Positions 17,293 to 26,838 of a stretch of DNA of 64,000 bases are shown piece after piece. The first letter of the stretch is position 1, and each line of letters begins with the position of its first letter. The notes under the pieces were generated by a model. That model was given only the letters and a program-made list of their open reading frames with translations, was not told the DNA's origin and made no database searches. The translations under genes and the position numbers were made by a program. This DNA is from Odoribacter sp. (GTDB lineage: Bacteria > Bacteroidota > Bacteroidia > Bacteroidales > Marinifilaceae), in contig JAVXFZ010000008.1 in the NCBI GenBank assembly GCA_036657595.1, positions 108 through 64,107 of the forward strand, written 5' to 3'.

Positions 17293-18837
17293 ATGTCGCT
17301 AAAAAGGAATATTCTTGACTTAAGAAGAAGGAAAGAGGTGGTACTTCAGGGTGGTGGTGAAGATGCAATTAAGAAGCAGGCTGCAATGGGAAAATTGACA
17401 GCTCGGGAGCGAATTGAAGGAATCCTTGATAAAGGGTCTTTTCACGAATACGATATGTTCGTAGAGCATCAGTCTAAAGATTTCGATATGGATAAAAAGA
17501 TTCTCCACGGAGATGGTGTTGTGATAGGCACCGGAACGGTATATGGAGAAGCTGTTGCTGTTTATGCGCAAGATTTTACCGTTGCAGGAGGTTCTTTGGG
17601 ATTGATGCACGCTCGTAAAATCACTAAAATTATGGATCACGCTATAAAAATGCGTATGCCTCTTATCGGTATTAATGATTCCGGTGGAGCCCGTATTCAG
17701 GAGGGTGTAGATTCATTAGCCGGTTATGGTGAAATTTTTTTCCGTAATACACAGGCTTCGGGAGTGATCCCACAGTTGTCTATTATTTTGGGACCTTGTG
17801 CGGGAGGAGCTGTTTATTCGCCAGCATTGACGGATTTTGTTTTTGTGGTCGATAATATTTCTAAAATGTTTATTACCGGTCCGGAAGTTGTGAAAACGGT
17901 TCTGGGAGAAGAGGTCAGTATGGAAGATTTGGGTGGTGCGCGTGTTCACGCGGCTATTAGCGGTAATGCTCATTTCTTTGCTCTCTCAGAGGTTGAATGT
18001 TTTGAGCAGATCAAGAAGTTGTTGACTTTTATTCCGTGGAATAATCAACGTAAAGCAAAGACTTTCCCATCGAAACCGCCGAAAGCTGAATATAATATTG
18101 AAAAGATTTTACCGACGGATCCGACACAACCTTATGATGTTCGTGACGTGATTAGAGCGGTGGTGGATGATTCTGATTTTTTTGAAGTACAACAGGATTT
18201 TGCACAAAATATTGTGATAGGCTTTGGACGTATTGACGGAGAAACGATCGGTTTTGTAGCCAATCAGCCGTTGGTGCTTGCCGGAGTGCTTGATTGTGAC
18301 TCTGCTGATAAGGCGGGACGTTTTATTCGTTTTTGTGATGCTTTCAATATTCCGATTGTTACGTTTGAGGATATGCCGGGCTATTTGCCGGGCGTGGAGC
18401 AGGAGTATATGGGTGTGATTCGTCACGGTGCGAAGGTGTTGTATGCATACAGTGAGGCAACTGTTCCTAAGATTACGGTGATTTTGCGTAAGGCTTATGG
18501 CGGTGGCTATATTGCGATGAATTCACGTCACTTGAAAGCGGACTTTATGTTTGCTTGGCCTACGGCAGAAATTGCTGTGATGGGACCGGAAGGTGCGGCT
18601 AATATTATTTTCCGTAAGGAAATTAAAGAAGCGGCTAATCCGGAAGAAATGCGTAAACAAAAGGTTGCCGAATATCGTGAGAAGTTTGCTAATCCTTATG
18701 TGGCTGCCTCAAAAGGATATATTGATTCTGTCATCGAACCGTCTGAAACACGTTTGTTGCTGAAACATTCAATTGAAGTGTCGGGCAATAAAACGGTAAT
18801 GACTCCTGCTAAGAAGCACGGAATCCCTCCGTTCTAA
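17293..18837 (+). CDS. Acyl-CoA carboxylase carboxyltransferase (PccB/MmdA family)
   Basis: GKLTARERI, QDFTVAGGSLG, DSGGARIQEG, RKAYGGGY, KKHGIPPF; 514 aa. Confidence 0.92.
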   Translation: MSLKRNILDLRRRKEVVLQGGGEDAIKKQAAMGKLTARERIEGILDKGSFHEYDMFVEHQSKDFDMDKKILHGDGVVIGTGTVYGEAVAVYAQDFTVAGGSLGLMHARKITKIMDHAIKMRMPLIGINDSGGARIQEGVDSLAGYGEIFFRNTQASGVIPQLSIILGPCAGGAVYSPALTDFVFVVDNISKMFITGPEVVKTVLGEEVSMEDLGGARVHAAISGNAHFFALSEVECFEQIKKLLTFIPWNNQRKAKTFPSKPPKAEYNIEKILPTDPTQPYDVRDVIRAVVDDSDFFEVQQDFAQNIVIGFGRIDGETIGFVANQPLVLAGVLDCDSADKAGRFIRFCDAFNIPIVTFEDMPGYLPGVEQEYMGVIRHGAKVLYAYSEATVPKITVILRKAYGGGYIAMNSRHLKADFMFAWPTAEIAVMGPEGAANIIFRKEIKEAANPEEMRKQKVAEYREKFANPYVAASKGYIDSVIEPSETRLLLKHSIEVSGNKTVMTPAKKHGIPPF

Positions 18838-18923
18838 AAGCAATTAGATTTAATCGTTTAATCGGTTGAGGAGATCCCTTACCGGTTAAACAAGTCAACG
18901 ATTTAATAAATAAAGGAGGTAAA

Positions 18924-19238
18924 ATGACTATAAAATTAGAAAAATTTACGCTGAATGGCGTGGAATATAAAACTCAACTTACCCAAAAGTGGATAAACCG
19001 GAGAAAATGGGAGGAGCCAAATCCTTATATGTTATATTCTCATATTCCGGGAACGATCTTGCACATTGAGGTGAAGGAAGGACAACAAGTGGAGGAAGGT
19101 GAGGTATTGTTGATTCTTCAGGCGATGAAGATGAGTAATAAATTGACCGCTCCGTTTGCCGGAAAAATAAAGACAATAAGCATCAAAGTCGGGGATAGAA
19201 TACCCAAAGGAACCTTGATGATTGAAATGGAAGAATAA
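18924..19238 (+). CDS. Biotin carboxyl carrier protein
   Basis: IPGTILHIEVKEGQQVEEGEVLLILQAMKMSN biotinyl domain (AMKM). Confidence 0.88.
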   Translation: MTIKLEKFTLNGVEYKTQLTQKWINRRKWEEPNPYMLYSHIPGTILHIEVKEGQQVEEGEVLLILQAMKMSNKLTAPFAGKIKTISIKVGDRIPKGTLMIEMEE

Positions 19239-19241
19239 ACG

Positions 19242-19281
19242 AAAGGGGATTGTAGAAGAGATTTTACAGTCCCCTTTTTTC
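19242..19281 (+). terminator. Intrinsic terminator
   Basis: AAAGGGGATTGTAG...TTACAGTCCCCTTTTTT. Confidence 0.8.
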
Positions 19282-19307
19282 TTTTTAACTAATATCGTTA
19301 TACCGCT

Positions 19308-20252
19308 ATGAGCTTTTTTGAAGCCAGGAATATCATTAAGAATTATGCGAATCATCGGGCTTTAGACGATGTTTCGATTGAAATTCCGGAAGGTGCAATT
19401 TATGGATTGTTGGGACCGAACGGTGCCGGTAAGACGTCGTTGATCCGGATTATTAATCAGATTACAGGACCGGATTCCGGAGAGCTTTTTTTCAAAGGTC
19501 GCCGATTGGAACCGACCGATATGAATCGAATCGGTTATCTTCCTGAGGAAAGAGGATTGTATAAAAAAATGAAAGTGGGCGAACAGGCTGTCTATTTGGC
19601 GCGACTGAAAGGAGTGAGCCGACACGATGCGATCTTGCAATTGAAAGCTTGGTTTGAAAAATTTGAGATCGAGGAATGGTGGGATAAGAAAGTGGAAGAG
19701 CTGTCTAAGGGAATGGCTCAGAAAGTTCAGTTTATCACTACTGTCTTGCACGAGCCGGAGATGTTGATTTTTGACGAACCGTTTAGCGGTTTCGACCCGA
19801 TTAATGTCGAATTGCTGAAAAAAGAGATTCTGGAATTGCGTAAAAAAGGAACAACAATTATTTTCTCAACGCATAATATGATGTCGGTCGAGGAAATATG
19901 CAGCCATATCTCTTTGATTAATCGCTCGAAAAAGATTATTGAAGGACCTATTAATCAGATCCGGAATAAGTATGCCAATAATACTTATCAGTTGATTTGT
20001 AAAGATAACAGTGAATTTCAAGCACAAACCGTTATTGGAGAAGAGTTTGAGATCTTGTCAGAGAAAGTTGAAGACGGACAGCACGAAATTATCCTTCAAC
20101 GTTTGGAGGTGTGTCCAACAAATACGTTGCTGCGACGCTTGCTTGATAAAACGGATATTATTTCCTATCAAAAAATCATTCCCGGTATGAATGATATTTT
20201 TATCAAATTGGTCAAGGAAGGGAATAGATCTATAGATTTGAATAACCATTAA
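19308..20252 (+). CDS. ABC exporter ATP-binding subunit (NatA-like)
   Basis: Walker A GPNGAGKT, signature LSKGM, Walker B LIFDEP, H-loop STH. Confidence 0.92.
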   Translation: MSFFEARNIIKNYANHRALDDVSIEIPEGAIYGLLGPNGAGKTSLIRIINQITGPDSGELFFKGRRLEPTDMNRIGYLPEERGLYKKMKVGEQAVYLARLKGVSRHDAILQLKAWFEKFEIEEWWDKKVEELSKGMAQKVQFITTVLHEPEMLIFDEPFSGFDPINVELLKKEILELRKKGTTIIFSTHNMMSVEEICSHISLINRSKKIIEGPINQIRNKYANNTYQLICKDNSEFQAQTVIGEEFEILSEKVEDGQHEIILQRLEVCPTNTLLRRLLDKTDIISYQKIIPGMNDIFIKLVKEGNRSIDLNNH

Positions 20253-20272
20253 CGACGAATGAATAACGCGAT

Positions 20273-21622
20273 ATGAACAAGACATTCATTATCATTGGAC
20301 GTGAATTTTCTACCCGGGTACGCAAAAAAAGTTTTCTTGTGTTGACTCTGCTGGTGCCTATTTTGATGGCTGGCTTTTATGCTTTTTTGATGTGGATGCT
20401 GCTGAAGGATGACACTCAGGAACGTAAAATTGCCGTTGTCAATCAATCGACTTTGGAGAAACCTTTCGAAAAGATCAATAGTACTACTTTTGATTATACG
20501 GATAATACGATTACAGAAAGTTCTGCTCCCGAATTTTTGAAGCAAAATAATTATTATGCGGTGATTTGGATCCCTGAAAATGTGATGAATGATCCGGAAA
20601 TTCCTATTTATTCTTTTTCACAGGTTCCGACGGAATTGAAGAATGAGATTGCTGCTCAACTTCGAATTAAAATTGAAAATATTAAACGATCGGTAGTCAT
20701 TGCCGAATCGCAAATGCCTGATCTTGAGAAGAAATTGGCAGAGACGGAAACTGCGGTTGTCGTACGCACTTTGAAAGTGTCTGAGGATACCGGAGAAGCG
20801 AAGGAAAGTTCTTCCGAAATCGCCTCTGTTATCGGACTGGTCGGCGGTATGGTGATTTATTTCTTTATCTTTATGTATGCTTCGCAGGTGATGAAAGGGG
20901 TGATCGAGGAAAAGACAAATCGGATTATCGAAGTGTTGGTTTCTTCGGTGAAGCCTTTTCAGTTTTTATTGGGCAAGATTATCGGAGTGGCCGCCGTCGG
21001 ATTGGTGCAATTTTTGATATGGGTGGCTTTTGGATTGCTTTTGATTGTTGCAATGCAGACTTTTTTGTTGCCTCAATTGGATATGGAAGCCTTGCGAAAT
21101 GTTGGGAATGTAGCCGGCGGATTACAAAGTATGCCGGGTGCTGAAAATCTTAGCGCATCGCAATTGGAGATTATGCAACGGATAGCAATGACAATAGATG
21201 CTTCTTTTATTGCTAAGTTTTTAGGAGCCTTTCTGTTTTATTTTATCGGTGGTTATCTGCTCTATGCTTCGCTTTTTGCAGCGATCGGTGCTGCCGTTGA
21301 CAATGAGACTGATTCTCAGCAATTTCTCACACCGCTTTCTATTATACTGGTTGTTGGGCTATATATTGGTATGGCAGCAATGAGAAGTCCCGAATCACCT
21401 TTGGTATTTTGGAGTTCGCTGATTCCATTTACTTCGCCTATCGTGATGCTTGTACGCATTCCATTTGGTGTGCCTGCGTGGGAACTGGTTGCTTCTATGC
21501 TGATTTTGGTTGCTTCTTTTATCTTTTTTACTTGGCTATCCGGTAAAATCTATCGCATTGGAATTTTGATGTATGGTAAGAAAGTAACTTGGAAAGAGCT
21601 TTATAAATGGTTGAAATATTGA
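20273..21622 (+). CDS. ABC-2 type permease (NatB-like)
   Basis: EEKTNRIIEVLVSSVKP.Q.LLGKI and SLIPFTSP motifs; multiple TMs. Confidence 0.88.
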   Translation: MNKTFIIIGREFSTRVRKKSFLVLTLLVPILMAGFYAFLMWMLLKDDTQERKIAVVNQSTLEKPFEKINSTTFDYTDNTITESSAPEFLKQNNYYAVIWIPENVMNDPEIPIYSFSQVPTELKNEIAAQLRIKIENIKRSVVIAESQMPDLEKKLAETETAVVVRTLKVSEDTGEAKESSSEIASVIGLVGGMVIYFFIFMYASQVMKGVIEEKTNRIIEVLVSSVKPFQFLLGKIIGVAAVGLVQFLIWVAFGLLLIVAMQTFLLPQLDMEALRNVGNVAGGLQSMPGAENLSASQLEIMQRIAMTIDASFIAKFLGAFLFYFIGGYLLYASLFAAIGAAVDNETDSQQFLTPLSIILVVGLYIGMAAMRSPESPLVFWSSLIPFTSPIVMLVRIPFGVPAWELVASMLILVASFIFFTWLSGKIYRIGILMYGKKVTWKELYKWLKY

Positions 21623-21775
21623 TTTTTGAAGTAAAGTAATAAAATAGCAACAGATTTTTATTTTTGTGAAATTGTGAAATTAAAAAATAATCCGGTTTAA
21701 TAGTATTATAATGCGGAATATTCTAATTTTGTTGCGTGATAGACAAAACTATAAATATTAATAAAATAATAGATT

Positions 21776-22432
21776 ATGAAATTTTTTATCGACACAGCTA
21801 ATCTGGCACAGATCCGGGAAGCTAATGATATGGGAGTGTTGGACGGTGTGACAACAAATCCTTCATTGATGGCAAAAGAGGGTATCAAGGGTATTGAAAA
21901 TTGCAAAAAACATTACGTAGAGATTTGTAATATTGTAGACGGTGATGTGAGTGCAGAGGTGATTGCTACTGACTATGAAGGAATGATTAAAGAAGGGGAG
22001 GTTTTAGCTGCTTTGCATCCGAATATTGTTGTAAAAGTTCCTTGTATCGCCGATGGTATTAAGGCAATTAAATATTTTTCAAAGAAAGGTATCCGCACAA
22101 ACTGTACGCTGGTATTTTCTTCCGGACAAGCATTGTTGGCTGCAAAGGCTGGAGCTACTTATGTTTCGCCATTTGTTGGTCGCTTGGATGATATTTGCAG
22201 CGATGGTATTGAATTGGTTAGTAAAATCGTAGATATGTATAGCTATTATGGCTTCCATACGCAAGTGTTGGCAGCTTCTATTCGTAATACACAGCATATT
22301 ATTCAGTGTATTGAGGTTGGAGCTGACGTAGCTACTTGTCCTTTATCAGCGATTAAAGGTTTATTGAATCACCCCTTGACAGATAGTGGTTTGGCTAAAT
22401 TCTTGGAGGATTATAGAAAGGTAAATGCTTAG
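21776..22432 (+). CDS. fsa: Fructose-6-phosphate aldolase / transaldolase (TalC family)
   Basis: MKFFIDTAN, GVTTNPSL, VVKVP, YVSPFVGRLDD, LAASIR. Confidence 0.93.
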   Translation: MKFFIDTANLAQIREANDMGVLDGVTTNPSLMAKEGIKGIENCKKHYVEICNIVDGDVSAEVIATDYEGMIKEGEVLAALHPNIVVKVPCIADGIKAIKYFSKKGIRTNCTLVFSSGQALLAAKAGATYVSPFVGRLDDICSDGIELVSKIVDMYSYYGFHTQVLAASIRNTQHIIQCIEVGADVATCPLSAIKGLLNHPLTDSGLAKFLEDYRKVNA

Positions 22433-22440
22433 TACATTTT

Positions 22441-23049
22441 ATGTATCTTAAATTATTTGAGGATAATCCCAATGCCCGGGATATTCTTAAAGTAGTCGAA
22501 GTGTTAAAGGGCGGCGGCGTTATTATTTATCCGACGGATACAGTATACGCAATGGGCTGTGACATCAATAATGTCAAGGCTGTACAGCGTGTGTGTCAAT
22601 TGAAAGGAGTGAAGCCGGAGAAGGCAAACTTCTCGATGATTTGTCGTGACCTGTCGAATATTGCTGCTTATGCGAAAGTGAGCAATGATGTATTTAAGGT
22701 GATGAAGCATAATCTACCGGGACCTTTTACTTTTGTATTGGCAGCCACGAATAAGTTGCCCAATGCAATGATGAATCGGAGAAAGACGATAGGTATTCGT
22801 ATCCCAAATAATTATATTGTGATGTCGATTGTAGAGGAATTAGGCAATCCGTTGCTGACAACCTCTGTGAAGGCTGATGATGATGTAATTGAGTATTTGA
22901 CTGATCCGGAATTAATCTATGAAAAATATGAGAAATTGGTGGATTTAGTCATAGATGGTGGATATGGACATAATGTGGCTTCAACGGTGGTCGACTGTGG
23001 AGAGGATACAATAGAGATAATGCGGCAAGGGATTGGGATCTTGGAATAA
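22441..23049 (+). CDS. Sua5/YrdC/YciO family protein (YciO-like)
   Basis: IIYPTDTVY, PGPFT, GIRIP present; the KxR and SAN motifs of canonical TsaC read KGVK and TSVK. Confidence 0.85.
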   Translation: MYLKLFEDNPNARDILKVVEVLKGGGVIIYPTDTVYAMGCDINNVKAVQRVCQLKGVKPEKANFSMICRDLSNIAAYAKVSNDVFKVMKHNLPGPFTFVLAATNKLPNAMMNRRKTIGIRIPNNYIVMSIVEELGNPLLTTSVKADDDVIEYLTDPELIYEKYEKLVDLVIDGGYGHNVASTVVDCGEDTIEIMRQGIGILE

Positions 23050-23070
23050 TGGAAGAGTTGAAGAGATAAA

Positions 23071-23114
23071 AAACAGTAACTGCCCGGAAAGTAAATTTTC
23101 GGGCAGTTATTTTG
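23071..23114. terminator. Bidirectional terminator between yciO-like and CDF genes
   Basis: TAACTGCCCGGAAA...TTTTCGGGCAGTTA. Confidence 0.8.
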
Positions 23115-23146
23115 TTTTTAGGAAGGCGGATGAAAGGGAACGTCAT

Positions 23147-24133
23147 TTATTCATTCTCTTCTTCATCATTTTTTGTTAATTCTTTCAGAGTAAAAATGAG
23201 AGGGGTGGAAAATTTAGCAATGCGGTAGACACATTCTTCTACACAACAATGTTCACAATGTTTCTTGGCGCAGGAATCCGAATGTACGGAAATTTGTATT
23301 CGATCGGAGAATCCTGTTAAGATGGTATCTTGTAATTTCTCGCAGGCACGGTGCCCCTCTTCGATATTGTAATACCACGGTAAGGTCAGGTCGCAATCCA
23401 TATAATAATAGCTGCCGTATTTGATCACTTTTAAGTTGTGGACATCAATCCAGTCGGGCTGTCGGCAAGCTGCAATGGTTGTTGCCATTGATTCAAGCAC
23501 GTCGTTGTCGGCTTTGTCTAAGAGGTTAGCAACTGTTTTCTTTAATATGGAAATCCCGGTGATGATGATGATTGTACCGAAAATCAAAGCCAAAGCACTG
23601 TCAATCCATCCAATTTTGGTGATATAAAGTAGTATCAATCCGATGACCAATCCGATGGTCGAGTATGTGTCCGATTGTAAGTGTTTCCCGCCTGCAATCA
23701 AGGCAATGGAGTTGTAGCGTTTCCCAATGCGGATGCTGTACCAGCCCATTGCATAATTAATGACACCGGCGATTGCAATGACAACAATACCGATGTCTAA
23801 TTGTTCAATTTTTGCCGGATCAAATAATCGTTTCACACCTTCATAGATGATTAAGCCGCCGGCAATCATAATCAGTAATCCTTCAATAGAAGCTGAAATG
23901 AGTTCGATTTTACCGTGTCCGAACGGATGTTCTTTATCCTTGGGTTGTGCTGCCCATCGTAGGCTATATAGGCTAATAAATCCGGCAGTGACATTTACGA
24001 TACTTTCCATCGCATCGGTCAGGATTCCTACGGAATTGGTCAGATAAAAGGCAAGAAATTTACCGAGCAGTAGCAGTATGGAAAAGGATACAATCCACGT
24101 CTGTATTTTTTGTTTCAGAGTATCTTCATTCAT
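23147..24133 (-). CDS. Cation diffusion facilitator family transporter (FieF-like)
   Basis: LTDAMES, PKDKEHPFGHGKIE, GKHLQSD motifs; Cys/His-rich C-terminus (HSDSCAKKHCEHCC). Confidence 0.9.
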   Translation of the reverse strand: MNEDTLKQKIQTWIVSFSILLLLGKFLAFYLTNSVGILTDAMESIVNVTAGFISLYSLRWAAQPKDKEHPFGHGKIELISASIEGLLIMIAGGLIIYEGVKRLFDPAKIEQLDIGIVVIAIAGVINYAMGWYSIRIGKRYNSIALIAGGKHLQSDTYSTIGLVIGLILLYITKIGWIDSALALIFGTIIIITGISILKKTVANLLDKADNDVLESMATTIAACRQPDWIDVHNLKVIKYGSYYYMDCDLTLPWYYNIEEGHRACEKLQDTILTGFSDRIQISVHSDSCAKKHCEHCCVEECVYRIAKFSTPLIFTLKELTKNDEEENE

Positions 24134-24248
24134 GATTTCAAAAGATGATATCCGTATTTTTATTTTATCGTCATTAAGATATGTGTTTCTCGGGAAACGC
24201 TATTTTACAGATGCTTACTGTGTTTACAGTGCATCACTCTCAACGTGA

Positions 24249-24279
24249 AAAAAAAGAACTAACATCTGTCAGTCCTTTT
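24249..24279 (-). terminator. Terminator after the tRNA pair
   Basis: Minus strand AAAAGGACTGACA-GA-TGTTAGTTCTTTTTTT. Confidence 0.75.
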
Positions 24280-24285
24280 AGAGAG

Positions 24286-24357
24286 TAGCGCTACCGGGAA
24301 TCGAACCCGAATTTCAAGAATGAGAATCTTGCGTCCTAACCATTAGACGATAGCGCC
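24286..24357 (-). tRNA. tRNA-Glu (anticodon CTC)
   Basis: GGCGCTATCGTCTAATGGTTAGGACGCAAGATTCTCATTCTTGAAATTCGGGTTCGATTCCCGGTAGCGCTA; cloverleaf with TTCGA T-loop; CCA not encoded. Confidence 0.95.
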
Positions 24358-24396
24358 ATAAATTATTTAAAATAAGCCTATGTAAGTAGGCTTTGT

Positions 24397-24471
<75 letters not shown>

Positions 24472-24645
24472 CTATACTGAAACTTTCAAATTACTTTACG
24501 ATGTATAAATTGAAAGAACTTCGTTCGCTTATCTTTGAAGACTTTCTTTGCAATAGCTCCATTGAAAAGCGGTACAAATGTAATACAATTACAATGTTTA
24601 TACAAATTTTCTGTACAAAAGTTTTTCGTAGATTATTATCTCTTC

Positions 24646-25926
24646 TTATATGGAGGATGTGGCGAGCATCTGTATCTCTAAACAGAATACTTCGTCAGTG
24701 ATCCGGATGCTTGCGTGTAAGTTATTCTTTTGACAAATACTTTTGACAATAGCCAATCCTAATCCTGTCGCTTCTTTTTCTGTACTGCATTTTTTAAAAC
24801 GGGCAAATAGGTCACCCTCTGGAATTTCCTTGTTGTAGGAATTATATACTTGTAATGTGGTACTTGTCGTTTCTATTCGAATATATCCCTCTTTTGTATT
24901 ATACCGAATGGCATTCGATAACACGTTGGATGCCAGTATTTCAGCTAATTGGGGATGTAAATTTAATTGTAGAGGTTCTGTATATTGTTTTTGGATAGTT
25001 AATCCCTTCATTTCTATAATATCTTCGTATGCGCTTAGGAAATCATTCAGGAAATCATTTAATTTGATTGGATTTTCTGCCGGGAACTGATCGCTATTGA
25101 TTTTTGCAATCATAAACATAAAACGGTTCAGGCGGATAATATGATCTACTGCACTACTGACAGATCGGATTAATTCTGTATGTTTTTCGCTGTTGCCTTC
25201 GCTCTGCTGTAACAATTCAAGACGAGCTTTTACAACCGATAAGGGGGTTTGTAATTCGTGTGAAGTGTTTTCTGTCAATTCTCGCAATGATAGATAATCT
25301 CCTTGAATCCGATCAATCATTCGGTTGAGCGTTCGTTTTAATATATTGAATTCATCTACTTGACAAATAGTTACTTGTATAGCGTGTAGGCTAATCAGAT
25401 CAACTTCTTTTAATTGTTCTAATATTTGATAAAAAGGATGCCATAGTTTGGCAACAAACCATTTCGTCTGCCAGAAGGAAAATAGAGTAAACAGTATAAA
25501 TAAGATAATTAGGGATACGGCAACAGCTCCTAAAATATCTTCCGTATCTACGGTTGATTGCCATAGTGTTATTAAAAAATTATCATTGCCGTTTTTTTGA
25601 GTATAGGATAAAAGACGAAAGACGACATTTTCTTTTTTATATTCACTATAAACAATAGTGTCTCTAATATATTCTTGTAGGAATACATCTTTTGCGACAA
25701 GCGTGCCCGTTAAACGGCTATTATTTAATAGGGGATTGTCCCATATTTCCACTGTCCCATTTTTCGCGACTTCATATTCTATATTTTGTCTGTATTCCCT
25801 CAGAGTATGATCGGCCGAACGGCGTATGAAATGAGTAATGATTAGGTAGTGTGAAAGACTGCCTACCACTAACACCAATAATAATACAATAAAAGTATAT
25901 CTTTTATATATTTTTGATAATTTCAT
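24646..25926 (-). CDS. Two-component sensor histidine kinase
   Basis: Two TMs, H-box ENTSHELQTPL, N-box NVLSNAIRY, G-box GLGLAIV. Confidence 0.92.
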   Translation of the reverse strand: MKLSKIYKRYTFIVLLLVLVVGSLSHYLIITHFIRRSADHTLREYRQNIEYEVAKNGTVEIWDNPLLNNSRLTGTLVAKDVFLQEYIRDTIVYSEYKKENVVFRLLSYTQKNGNDNFLITLWQSTVDTEDILGAVAVSLIILFILFTLFSFWQTKWFVAKLWHPFYQILEQLKEVDLISLHAIQVTICQVDEFNILKRTLNRMIDRIQGDYLSLRELTENTSHELQTPLSVVKARLELLQQSEGNSEKHTELIRSVSSAVDHIIRLNRFMFMIAKINSDQFPAENPIKLNDFLNDFLSAYEDIIEMKGLTIQKQYTEPLQLNLHPQLAEILASNVLSNAIRYNTKEGYIRIETTSTTLQVYNSYNKEIPEGDLFARFKKCSTEKEATGLGLAIVKSICQKNNLHASIRITDEVFCLEIQMLATSSI

Positions 25927-25933
25927 ATTTCCG

Positions 25934-26614
25934 TTATTTCAAAATAAACTTGTATCCTACCGCATATACCGTTTCTATGTAATCTTCGGCACCTTGATCT
26001 TGTAGTTTTTTCCGTAACTTTCGCATATGGGTGTACAGCGCATCGAAACTGTCGGCTCCTATTCCCATATAGTCGCCCCATAAATGTTCAACAATTGCTT
26101 CTTTTGTTAACACTCTGTTTTTATTCATAAGCAAATAAGTGAATAAGTCATATTCTTTGCGAGTCAGATCCACTTGATTTTCGTGGATAAATACAAAACG
26201 AGAATCGGGAAAAATCCTTATTTCATTGTAAAAAAATTCTCTTTGTCCTCCGAATTGCCGTCTGCGAATGACAGATTTTAGGCGGGCATTTAATTCTGAT
26301 AAATGAAAAGGTTTAGCTAAATAATCGTCTGCACCGATCTCTAATCCCTCTATCTTATCTCCGGTGGAATTACGGGCAGAAATAATAATAATGCCGGCGT
26401 TCGATTGTGCTTTTTTTAATTGATGGACAATATCCAATCCGTTTCCGTCCGGTAATGTGAGATCGACAATAACACAATCGTAATCATAAAGGCTTGTTTT
26501 TTCTTTGGCTGTTGTATAATTGTAAGCGCATTCACAAATGTAACCTTCACTATGAAAGTAATTTTCAATGGATACAGCTAATTCTTTTTCGTCTTCAATG
26601 ATCAATATCTTCAT
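25934..26614 (-). CDS. OmpR/PhoB-family response regulator
   Basis: IIEDE, phospho-Asp in VDLTLPDGNG, GADDYLAKPF, winged-helix C-terminus IETVYAVGY. Confidence 0.94.
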   Translation of the reverse strand: MKILIIEDEKELAVSIENYFHSEGYICECAYNYTTAKEKTSLYDYDCVIVDLTLPDGNGLDIVHQLKKAQSNAGIIIISARNSTGDKIEGLEIGADDYLAKPFHLSELNARLKSVIRRRQFGGQREFFYNEIRIFPDSRFVFIHENQVDLTRKEYDLFTYLLMNKNRVLTKEAIVEHLWGDYMGIGADSFDALYTHMRKLRKKLQDQGAEDYIETVYAVGYKFILK

Positions 26615-26732
26615 ATTTCCCTTTATCAGTAAGTATAAGCAATGAACTTTCTGTCCAAAATTAAATAATAAAATGTATACAACCGATAACTTTCAAAATA
26701 AATGTCAAAAAAACTTATTATTTATAGTAATG

Positions 26733-26754
26733 TTCAGAATTTCTTTAGAATTGA
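26733..26754 (+). promoter_or_regulatory. Candidate OmpR-type tandem operator upstream of the PepSY-like gene
   Basis: 11-bp direct repeats TTCAGAATTTC / TTTAGAATTGA, followed by a degenerate -7 box (TTCCTTTG). Confidence 0.5.
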
Positions 26755-26838
26755 ATCCTTCCTTTGCGAAACAAATTGAATAATTCTTGTTTTATAAACA
26801 GGAAAACGAAAGATTAATTTTAACTAAAAATTTTACTT

